DNA of 63,736 nt, filler included, from Choristocarpus tenellus KU-1152 (lineage: Eukaryota > Protista > Phaeophyceae): the NCBI GenBank assembly GCA_964200185.2. It is 9 parts of 9 records of this genome, joined end to end, with 100 filler letters (N's around TTAATTAATTAA, not from the genome) between each part and the next. Parts side by side here need not be neighbours in the genome. Positions count along the whole stretch, not along the records: positions 52,627 to 55,826 come from CAXNAD020021593.1; positions 55,927 to 63,736 come from CAXNAD020005559.1; 7 more parts are not named here. The stretch is one strand, 5' to 3'. Position 1 is the first letter of the stretch; the number at the start of each line of letters is the position of its first letter. The translations under genes and the position numbers were made by a program. Under the pieces are notes generated by a model, which saw only the letters and a list, made by a program, of their open reading frames with translations, made no database searches and had not been told where the DNA came from. Below, in pieces: positions 53,870 to 63,736 of the stretch.

Positions 53870-54759
53870 CGGCCGCCGCGCGGGGAGCGGGGGGGACGAC
53901 GGGTCCCCCCCCCCCCCCACAAAAAAAACCCCCCCCCCCCCCCCCCCCCCCCCCCTCCCCAGAGACCCCATCCCCCCTCCAATCACACACCTCACACAAA
54001 CACACCTAACACTGCAATGAGTTAAGGCGATCGGCAGAGGTGGCCATAAAATGGATGATAGGAGGAGGGGGAGGGGGGGAGGGGAAGAGGAAAGGAGAAG
54101 GAAAGGGTTTCACTTATGTGTGTGATTTATGTAGGAGCGTTGAATCACCCAACAGACTCACCCAACCCTTCCAAAAAACAAAGAAAAGGTTTTGGTTTGT
54201 TTGACTGTGTGATCCATCAAGATATGGAGGGAGATCATGTTCTTGGAGACCCCTCCTGAGCCGACACTCCAGCTGCGCTTACAACGATTATAATAACCCA
54301 ATGAGAAGACTCTTAACACCACAGTTGCAGAAAAAAAGGCGTGTGATGAACACCAACGCCTGAAAAAAATGAAGTGAAAAATGCCTCACAATGTTTGCAA
54401 CTCCTTACCATTACTATTCACGTTCCTTTACCCATTCTTGATCAAGGCACTACTCACCTTAAACAACTTGAAAACAAAACGTTTTCAACACATGAACATT
54501 TATTTTATTTTTTTGCACCGTATCTCTTTCAGACAGCAATGAACACCCAAAACACCCAAACACACATAATGAGGTTGAACACAATTTTAACACCCTCTAC
54601 CTCCCCTTCCTCTACATGCCTCACCCTTCCCTCAGAAGACGGCCAAAAATATATCGCCATATAATCCACTACAAACTCTCTCTCTCTTACCTTGTCATTA
54701 AGCTTGATAGGAACACCCACAAAATTGGAGTACTTCTTCACAACGGACTCAACACGCTC
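52654..54759 (-). CDS. TRAP1: Mitochondrial Hsp90 (TRAP1/HSP75), three internal exons
   Basis: Exons 54759-54691 (ERVESVVKKYSNFVGVPIKLNDK), 53198-53085 (AVNTVEAIWMKSPSEVEESKYTEFYQFIAHAYDTPVSR) and 52773-52654 (IHFRTDAPIELKALFFFPTYHTEKFGMGRMEPGVSLYSRK). Absence of the charged linker plus TDAP and LYSRK motifs indicate TRAP1. Confidence 0.93.
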
Positions 54760-55423
54760 CTGGAAATGGGGATGTTGGTAGTGTATTTCCAATCACAGTG
54801 GTCTCTTATTATTGATCTTTTTATGGAAGGAGAGAGTGAAACCAGTCATGATCACGAATCATATTAGATAGTAATTGTACTCCATTCCTTCACAATATTC
54901 ACAACGCTCTCTCTCTCTACCTCTACACAATTATTATCTCAATGCTTTCAAAACAGTTGCAAAAAGAACCTATCAAACGTATGCTGGACACGGGATGGTG
55001 GTGGTGGTGGTTTGATTGGGAGGGTAACAACGAACTATCGTATGATACACACATACACAGTTACCTTCATGAGCAGTTTTGAACAACAGAAGGATTTAAA
55101 AAAATCAATTTCCCCACCACACAAAATATGAAACACACCTACGTTATCATTCTACACAATTTAAGAACAATATGATGTCACCATTCCTTACATGTAAAAA
55201 CACTGCTCATCACACCATAACATAAAAAACACATCATCATTCAATCCATACTCATCCCATCTATCTCACCACCCGATAAAATTTAAACACCCTTGACCCC
55301 CAAAAACTCTTCCAATCAAGAACAAAAGAAACCCACACTTCGGACCCTCTCCCATAAGACCAACACAACTACCCCAACAAATAACAATTTCACAAATTTC
55401 TTACAGCAAAACAATGCAGTACT

Positions 55424-55612
55424 GGGTCAAAGTATCTTGGGAGGGGGGGGGGGGGGGGGCTTTGTGAGGGGGCGCCCCTTTCGGCCCAACACCCCTTTTT
55501 TTTTTTGAAAATTAAAAATTAACCCGTGCGACCAAATCACACCAAAAAAGTGTGAAAATCGAAAAAAGGGTGAAAATCGGACGCCAACACTCCCCCCAAG
55601 ATACTTTGACCC
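55424..55612 (+). mobile_element. MITE subfamily B copy with perfect 18-bp TIR and TSD TACT
   Basis: TACT|GGGTCAAAGTATCTTGGG...CCCAAGATACTTTGACCC|TACT. Confidence 0.93.
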
Positions 55613-55826
55613 TACTGTGCCCTATAACTGACCTAACCCTAACCCCAAATATCCCTCATACGTACCGCTATTATCATAGAATAAAAACGCCTATATTAAC
55701 AACTTATCTTAATGCAGGCCTTACAAATGGTAGAGCCATTGACATCGATATTCATACCTATCATCAACCCCCTTCCCTTCTAACCTCTCTAGAGTTATCA
55801 CCCCTTCTGTTTATCTCATCAAAATG

Positions 55827-55926
55827 NNNNNNNNNNNNNNNNNNNNNNNNNNNNNNNNNNNNNNNNNNNNTTAATTAATTAANNNNNNNNNNNNNNNNNN
55901 NNNNNNNNNNNNNNNNNNNNNNNNNN
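55827..55926. other. Artificial contig linker
   Basis: 44 N + TTAATTAATTAA + 44 N. Confidence 0.99.
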
Positions 55927-55979
55927 CGAAACGGACGCCCCCTCACAAACCACCCCCCACCCCCCAGATACTTTTAGCA
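55927..55979 (-). mobile_element. MITE subfamily B end at contig start
   Basis: CGAAACGGACGCCCCCTCACAAAC…CCCCAGATACTTTT is the reverse complement of the subfamily B left end. Confidence 0.8.
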
Positions 55980-58199
55980 GGTACTTTACCAGTTCTTGTG
56001 AAAGGGATTTGTAGATTCAGCTTCGGTCCACATTAGATCACTCTTGTCAGGGGATTGTCATTTCGATGGATCACATTGCAAGCGCAATGAAACAGTACAT
56101 CTATACCCTCCTGTCTGACGCTAAATAACTGAGAAACAAGGTAGAAAGCTTGAATAGTGGTGATAACGCTTCATTCCGACCCACCAGGCGAGTACTATTT
56201 GCATGAGAAAGTTTCAAGCGAGCAGGCAGAGATGGGCTGCGGGATGGCTGAACCTACTGTGCAAGAATAAACCAATAAATATAAGAAGACAGTTGACTGA
56301 TCGAGTGATTGATATGTTACACGACACATTTTTCTTGGTCCCATGGTTAGGCAATACAAGCAGAGATCGGAAAAAATGAAGAAGACGCATAAATAGATCG
56401 TACAGAAAAAAGAGATAGGGGGTAACAATAGTGGAGTGTAAAAAAATAAGGAAAAAAGTTTTAGTACAACAATGAAGAACTCAACGAAAATAGAAAATCC
56501 AACTAAAAAACTTTATAAAAAGGCCCAGCAGTCCCAACTACCCCCCAAAAACTAAACAGATCTCAGCTTAGCAGAATCAAGGACCACCGCATTTACTCCA
56601 AGGAGGGTCGCAATCGACTCACAGATATATATCAGAGCAATTAGAAGAGTGACCTTTGTGCGGTGTCTTCTATTGTTTGTTTCTTTATATTATTTGCGTC
56701 AGAACAGTTTAACTATAATATTGAACTCCATATATAATTCAGAACTCCATAGATCGTTCAGATGTACTATCTCTCAGTGACATACATCATTGGACTCATT
56801 TCAACGCAATAATATCACATGCACAAAATAAGGTACACCTCACAAATTGTCCTATTTTGGACAACAACATCCGTCTCTCATTCAAAGCTCAAAACCGCAT
56901 TACCGATCGTTCAACTTCCACTTTCATTGTTTTTGTGTTTGACGTTTTGCCCCTTTAGAGAAGATGAACCCATGTTCAAATGCGCCAGTGATCTCTTGTT
57001 TCGTTTTTCATAATATATACTACTACCAACATAACATTACGGAAATAACTAGATAGTAGGAATATGGCTTTAACTTTTGTAAATCTTGGTCAAGTAGGAT
57101 ACACAGTACGAGTTGAAACTTGAGGGGCAAGGTATATCTGGTTGTACGAGCAGAAACGATAAAGTAGGACATGGCTTCAAGGTATTGCACCTGTCTTGAG
57201 ATTCTTGGAATGGGCGAGAAATCTCACATTGCTGGGAAGAGTACTAATATTCTACTGTCTTGCATGAGGAAACCTTACGTTGCTAGAGAGTGAGCTATGT
57301 TAAGATGCTTGTGTGGGTATTTGTGGTGCTGTTGGGAGTGATACAGGACTTGAGAAATACAGCTTTACCGTCGGGGCAGCAGTGAGAAAAAGTCCTTTGA
57401 AGTAATTGTTGTACAAGGCATGAAAAGTAAAGATGAAACAGATATCTGGTGTAGTCTGCTCACTTAAGACCCTACGCAATGTGTCCCCCTGCATGCTACT
57501 GCGTGGGACTGATTTTCCAGGCCCTGTTCATTGTTTTTTGGTCACTGAAGAATTGAACCACTGAAGTGCTTTGTGTTCATGCAGGCTCACTACTTCTCAT
57601 AATCTTTGCAAGGACTGCCACAATCTCTCCATCCAACCTCTTTGTCCATATCCTCCTCCTGCTCTTCACCATTTTCTACACCCTCCTCAACTTCTAACAC
57701 TCGAGGAATGTCACCCTCAGTCCTAGGAGGGTCAATGAGGTTATCCTTCCTCTGGAGGCTCTCTTTGTCCTCTTCGGTCATAATCAGCGTCAACTTCATT
57801 TCTTGGAACATTTGGCAGCTAGCAACTTGGACTCTGTGTTGTTCCCCTCTCGTGTATTCAACCCCTTGACCACGCTTGTTTGAAGCGTTCGCTTCTCCAT
57901 GACCCATCCTGTCGCAAAGTCCTCGGAAGCTCAATTGTGATATCCCTGTGTACAGAATCACTTTCTTCTAGATCTCGACAACAACGACTATGAATGTATG
58001 AATCAAAGACCGTGGGGCGCAGCACACGGTTCCCACACCTACCACATGGAAGAATCCGTCACTTCATTAGCCTTCATCAGGTCGAGATTATTCCCAATCC
58101 AGTTCGATCAATCCCAACACTGACCTCTCAAATTATAGGAAACACTATGCAACCATTAGGACTCCCCTGAAGACGAAAGGTACACCTGTGGAACGTGAT

Positions 58200-58870
58200 G
58201 TTTGATCTTTCCAATACACCACTCAGTGTTGATGACTTGTGAGGGCGGGAATTGCGCCTCACCCACCATCCACCTGTCAGACAAGGAGATACCACTGTTC
58301 CACTGGGGCAGATAGTCGCTATTGGTTCCAAGTGGGTGTTCATGTGGAAGGATGACTGTTTTTGGATGTTTATCGGGGCTAAGGCTAGTCTAGTTCCTCA
58401 AAGGTTTGGCCAGGAGTATGGCGTTGATTACTTTTAGACCTTTGCCCTCACACCTTCCAACTCTGCGGTTAGGCTAATGGCCAGTATGTCCAGTGTGTTG
58501 GATCCAAGGGATGTGACATCTAGATGTAGAGCAGGTCTTTGGTTAATCTGACCTGGACGAGGAAGTGTACACGCCCCTCCGACAGGGAGGGGAGATCTCT
58601 CCTCTTCGACCGAGCGCCTCCACAGTTCCCTCTATGGTTTAAAGCAAGTTTGTAGAACTTGAAATGCCAAGCTGGCTTCTACCCTTATGCGTAATTGTTT
58701 TGAGCAGTATGTGATTGATCCTTGTATCTTCACACACTTAGGATATATGGTGTTGTGAAGATAATCCTTCCAGTTCATATAGATGACATAGTGATCTTAA
58801 CTGTTGGTAATGCTTGCAATTATATTTTTGCCTCACTGAATAAGCGTTCCTCACCAAGAACCTTGACTTA
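58200..58870 (+). mobile_element. Ty1/copia reverse transcriptase pseudogene fragment
   Basis: In order: IGSKWVFMWK, AKASLVPQRFGQEYGVDYF*TFA, SLYGLKQ, IDPCI, VHIDDI (YVDD position), with stops and frameshifts. Confidence 0.88.
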
Positions 58871-60264
58871 TTGTCTCAGTGTTCTGGCTCCATCTACACG
58901 ACGAGAGGCTGGAAAGGTGTTTCCTCTCCATTACCCACCCTCTCAATTTGTCAAACATAGACATACCGCCATGCTCAAAAAAAGCTCAGAACCCCAACAG
59001 TACTTCCACCACATAGGATCACATACACCTTGTCAACGATGCTGAACACTGAAAAAAACCCACGTAAACCCAGATTTCGAGTTTCCCACATATCACATGT
59101 AAGAATCTGTTGCTTCATAGAACATCATCAGGTGGAGATCAAGGCGCCAATATTGTAAGCCAAAAACAGAAGACTCCACTCCTGACCGAGGCGAAAAATA
59201 TACCGATAGAAGGTCAAGATCCTGATATTTCCAATGCACCTTACACACGGTATTGACAGAGATTATGAGCGCTTCTTTAGTCATGAAGCGAAGTATATGC
59301 AAAATGGAATTTGCACCACAAGAAATTGAAAAAAAAGTGTCCTACAAATCTTCTCTTTCCCAGCTTCAACATTCTCTTTCTTAGTTTCAAATACTACTAC
59401 AAAGTATAGTAGTTCCATATCACCAACATAAACAATAAGAAGGAGAAAAATTGATCCAAGGGACCTATATACGGTATTGTTTGTCGCATGTATAGATCTC
59501 CACAAAAGGGTTTGATTGACTTCTAATTGAACGGATATTCTTAGAATGAACACAATATGTATGTAGTTCTTGATTAACCAAAGAGCAGAAATTTCATGAT
59601 CCTGTAGTTAGACCATCTTCCCAAAAAACGCTCATCCGTTATGTCCTACCAAGTTTCTGCCCAGAGAAACATCACTAGATTTTGTCGCGGTTACTCCCTC
59701 CAGTAGACTGGACCCTGATCTTGGCGGCACGCAACGGAAAGAGCGACGATGGTTTCCCAAATGTCCATTGGTGACATGATTCACATAGCCCTCTACTACT
59801 ATATACCACACTCAACCAGACTAGTAGGACGCAAACCAACCTCCAGTCGAAGTGTAACCCGCCACGAACCTGTGCACCAAAGCAGGAACCATTATTTATC
59901 CACGGACACCTTCTTACCCCTGCCAAATAGCGCTTTCCGAATCGTGGAGGCGTTGGATACTACTAGTGGTAGTACCCTGTACCACCTATGACGAGATAGG
60001 CCATATATTCCGCCAGTCAAGTGCTATATACCGTACGATTGCCTTTGCAAACATTGACGGTCAACGGCAAAACATTCACTCAGGGAAAAGGAATCATTGC
60101 TCCAAACCCCAACCCAGAACACACAAATCCTCATCGTACCCAAAATAATAACACGACAAGGACTGTCGCCTTGCATACACGACAAGCACTGCCGCCTTGT
60201 ATCCAAATCTGTGCGTGATAAAGCGATAGGGAGTACAGGCACGACGTGACCAAACACCAACAAC

Positions 60265-63183
60265 ATGACGTGGGCATTGGCCATTATTTCCCTGACAGTC
60301 CTAATGGTCAGACTTGGTGATGCAAAGACTTACATGGTCACTCCAGATAGCTCCCCTTCCTTGCAGGAGGTCATGACCATGACAAGAGCTGGAGACGTCG
60401 TCGAGCTCGGAAATGGGGTGTACACTGGAGGCATCAAATCGTGGACGAGCGGCACAGAGAACAATCCGATCACAGTTACAGGCTCCAGGGACGCCGTAAT
60501 CAGTGGCACCAACCCAGATGACGATAGGGTCATCACGATCAAGCACAGCTACTTCCATCTCAGGGTAAGGCATAAAATTATCTCAAGCAGACCGACCATT
60601 GTTGTCATAGCGTCTCCTTCTCACGATCCTTACAAAGCACTCTCCAGAGTTTGCATAGTATGAGAGAATCTACTCCGCACATAGATGAACCCATACCTCC
60701 GAGCTTGCTATTGTTTCTATCATTGCCCCCAAGCTTCTCAACACTACCTCTTCATCTACATACATATCCGTATTTGCACTTCATCGACCAATGCCCCCAA
60801 AACCCGTGCCTCTACCAGGGTTTCACTGTTGATGGCAAGATGGGTTCAGGGGATAGTCTGGAATTCTACGCCGACAAGTGCATCTACGTTCACGGACAGG
60901 AGAAGCCCAAGACAATCAACTACAAGGGTCACGAGTTCCTTTCCACCATCAACGGCCTTGTCCTCTCCAACTTGTCCATCAAGAACTGCCAGTGGGTACT
61001 CCATTGCATGTTCAACAGTGTGGGGAGGGGCACAATATTTCCTTTCTCGATTGTTTTAGCGTTTGACTCTTCGACTAGAAAGCCGTAGTTCGATCGTCTG
61101 AAGTACAAATATCGTTGGGTACTTCGTCGCAGTGCCTCTATGGTGACTTGATCGTGAGCATTGCAACAATTGATCTTCTCGACCAACAAGTAGCCTACTA
61201 TCGCAAACTATGCTAATCTCCGTTTGCCTACTGCGGAAACCATGATCTGCAGAGGGGAGTGTGTTCGCATCCGTTACTTCGTCACTCATTCCGATATCCA
61301 GGACAACGATGTTCTAAACTGTGGGGTCGACGATTTTATCTTCAACCCGGGACAGGGCAAGAACGGAGAGGGGATCTACATTGGGACATCCAGCAATCAG
61401 GTAGGTGTCATCCTCTTGCTTAAGGAAACCTGCTGCTAGGTAAGACACATTCACCCATGGCTATCCAGAGCGGTTCTCACCACTATCACTTCAAACGTCC
61501 CCAGGGTAGTCTCAGTATCTCACACCTCAAGTATAACAGCTGCAAATATTCCATCTCTCCATGCAGCATCCTGTCCCCTCCTTCCGAAACATTGAACATA
61601 GAGCTCAAAACTCCTTCTTTTGGGCAGTGGGCAGATGGCAAGAACCCTGACAGTCGTCCGGATGGAAGCAGCTTCAACCTCATACGCAACAACATCATTC
61701 TCACCAACGGTAACGAGTGCGTAGAAGTCAAGGAAGGCACCGAGCACAACATCATCGAGGGAAACACGTGTGGAGGCCAGTTGGACGCGGATTCGGGATG
61801 CTTCGGCTCTCGAGGCGACCTGAACGTGTTCAGGTGTGGAGGACTCGTTCACCGTACCGCACCGTGTGGGCTAAGATTCGTTTGGTACTGTACTACCTAC
61901 TCTTGAGCAATTATAGTTACTTCAGAAGCCTGCTACCAAATTCAAATCCTCTTGTGGTGTAGATAGACTCGCTTTTCAAGATTAGGCATGCATTGTAACA
62001 AGGACTTGATGCTTCTTTGACATCGTACATCGTACTCGAAAGTTGACTTCATCTTCATCTTTGCTTTTCGGCTCATGATCTTCCAATGTGCTCCTGCAGA
62101 TTCAACAAGGCTAGTGAATGCGACGGTGTGGGTGTTCGAGTTGGTGGCCATTTGGAATATGGGATTAACAACAAGGTGAACTAAACTGTGACTCAGTGGC
62201 AGCGACAAAATGCGGATCAGATAAACAACATGCCAAGGACGTGTCCCAGCGAGTATTGGAAACTAGTTGTACGTTTATGCTGACATTTTATTGTTCCATT
62301 CTGTTGATGTCACGTGTGCTTTCCCAGGTGTACGAAAATAGCTTCACCAAGATGGGAGCAGGACTTGTCAAGATTATGGCAGAACCTCAGGCCGAGATCT
62401 GTGGCAATCTGTGCACTGATGGTGACTGCAGTGTTACTGGAACGTGAGTAAATGTATGAAGTCCGTGGGGGCTACGTGGAATGATTGTCGAATTTCACCA
62501 TGTACTGGCAAAGCGTGTACTGGCTTCTCCCCCACAGAGCAGTCATGATAGGTTTGTGGTAATCAGGTGTTTCAACAATATTTAAATGTAATATGTCATA
62601 GCTCTAGGAAAGGATATCGTCTATCCTCATCTGCTGGCATTGTAGTGTACCTTGAATCCCGTATACATAACCTGACTCTCTACCTTTATTGAACCTCAGA
62701 TTTGTATATGGTGTTGACTGGGACGAGCCCTGCCCTCCTAACATCGGTTCAGACCTGTACCCTTACGGGGGTGTTGAGGGAGGTGGCGAGAATGGTGGCT
62801 CAGTTCCTCAAGATGATGATATTACTATTCCTCATGAGAACGACGAAATCACCACCGAGTCCTGGGACGACTACAGCAGCACTTCTGAGTCCAGTGATGG
62901 CAACAGTCAAGGCAACGATGATAACTGGACCAAAGGTGACGATGGTAGCGGTGAGGATGACAACAACGGCCAAGGTGACGATGATGGGGCCGAAGGCGAT
63001 GATGACAGTGGTGAAGGTGACGATGACGGGGCCGAAGGCGATGATGATAGTGGTGATGGAAACGATGATGGGGCCGAAGGTGATGATGACAGCGGTGAGG
63101 GTGATGATGACGGGGCCGAAGGAGATGACGATAGTGGTGCAAGTGATGACGATGGAGCTGAAGGTGATGACAAAAACAGTTGA
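60265..63183 (+). CDS. Secreted right-handed parallel beta-helix (pectin-lyase-like fold) protein with acidic repeat tail, 7 exons, about 500 aa
   Basis: Exons 60265-60564, 60819-60991, 61253-61400, 61628-61833, 62100-62175, 62328-62443, 62700-63183; all GT-AG, phases consistent, 1503 nt. Signal peptide MTWALAIISLTVLMVRLGDA; 'AGDVVELGNGVY…SGTENNPITVTG' beta-helix cap; coils GECVRIRY, NGEGIYIG, NLIRNNII.TNGNECVEVKEG..NIIEGN. Confidence 0.92.
62905..63172 (+). repeat. Coding tandem repeat, 21-nt unit (GDDDGAE / GDDDSGE heptads)
   Basis: About 12 heptads in the last exon of the beta-helix gene, with synonymous variation between units. Confidence 0.9.
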
Positions 63184-63640
63184 TGGTAATAGCGACACTA
63201 GTACACTCAGGGACCTATTGATGATGACCAGGAAATTGTGATTTGTGGATTTATTTACTTTTTTTTCTAGGATGATGGATCCGTTCCCCCAAACTTGGTT
63301 CTTGATTTATCTCCCCGAGACCGAGATCACAGGAGAAGTGGGATGAGAAGTATTGATCTTGGTATCAAATCTGTTTTGTGTCACGAACAAGAAATTGAAC
63401 AGTGCCGTAGAGAGTCAAGAAGATATTGGTGATCCCTTATACACCCATGACATCGCGCAAAAGAGACACCACTAACTCTTGCACACTTCCTCCCAACTTG
63501 TGTTCTCCTCTTGGCCTAAAGATGGTCGTGGAAGCACCATGAAAAGCTCAACACTGCGACGCCGGCCTAACAACTGAGGTATATGGTACTTGAAATTGAA
63601 GGAGCCTGAACTAAAGTCTGAATGCACCGAGACTCGATCA

Positions 63641-63736
63641 GGTCAAAAGTATCTGGGGGGGGGGGGGGGGGGGGGGGGAGGGGTGGTCCGTTGGGGGCAA
63701 ACACACATGCTTGTGGATAATTGTAAAGGCAGCAAC
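63641..63736 (+). mobile_element. MITE left end (probably subfamily B), truncated at window end
   Basis: GGTCAAAAGTATCTGGGG + G tract + GTCCGTT motif. Confidence 0.7.

Noticed and set aside
53614-54009. Poly-Pro and poly-Gly ORFs (formin/extensin-like)
   Set aside because: They translate a low-quality poly-C tract inside a TRAP1 intron; likewise 44759-45079 and 40949-41185.
6760-55926. Eight identical TTAATTAATTAA palindromes embedded in N runs
   Set aside because: Exact 44N-12-44N structure with six-frame stops marks an artificial concatenation spacer, not biology.
60265-62443. Mannuronan C5-epimerase assignment for the beta-helix gene
   Set aside because: No YG(F/I)DPH(D/E) catalytic motif in the spliced protein.
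62702-63241. Overlapping Met/Thr-rich, His/Arg-rich and Ser-rich ORFs
   Set aside because: Shadow frames of the 21-nt acidic coding repeat; only the GDDD frame is in phase with the upstream exons.
1-63736. Apparent cluster of protein-trafficking and chaperone genes (cpSRP54, COPB, TRAP1, NAP1)
   Set aside because: Each lies on a different contig separated by linkers, so adjacency is arbitrary.

Overview
Eukaryotic, intron-rich, repeat-rich DNA, most consistent with a brown alga or a close ochrophyte relative (bipartite plastid-targeting presequence on cpSRP54, TTAGGG-type telomeric motifs, many short exons in long introns). The window is not contiguous. Eight artificial 100-bp linkers (44 N + TTAATTAATTAA + 44 N) join nine unrelated contigs, so gene neighbourhood across linkers carries no information. 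Three complete spliced genes were rebuilt by eye from GT-AG sites with consistent phases: a 12-exon plastid SRP54/Ffh (minus, about 563 aa), a 4-coding-exon WW-domain protein (minus, about 257 aa), and a 7-exon secreted right-handed beta-helix protein with an acidic GDDD-repeat tail (plus, about 500 aa). There are also internal fragments of NAP1, an SLC26/SulP (Vsb1-like) transporter, coatomer beta and mitochondrial Hsp90 (TRAP1). Intergenic and intronic DNA holds decayed LINE and Ty1/copia remnants, many short interstitial telomeric tracts, and a multi-subfamily group of 180-265 bp MITEs with shared termini and 4-bp target-site duplications (Sola2-like). I found no prokaryote-type defence or operon system. 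The strongest leads are the MITE group, the cpSRP54 that has lost both SRP-RNA-binding motifs, and the beta-helix protein.
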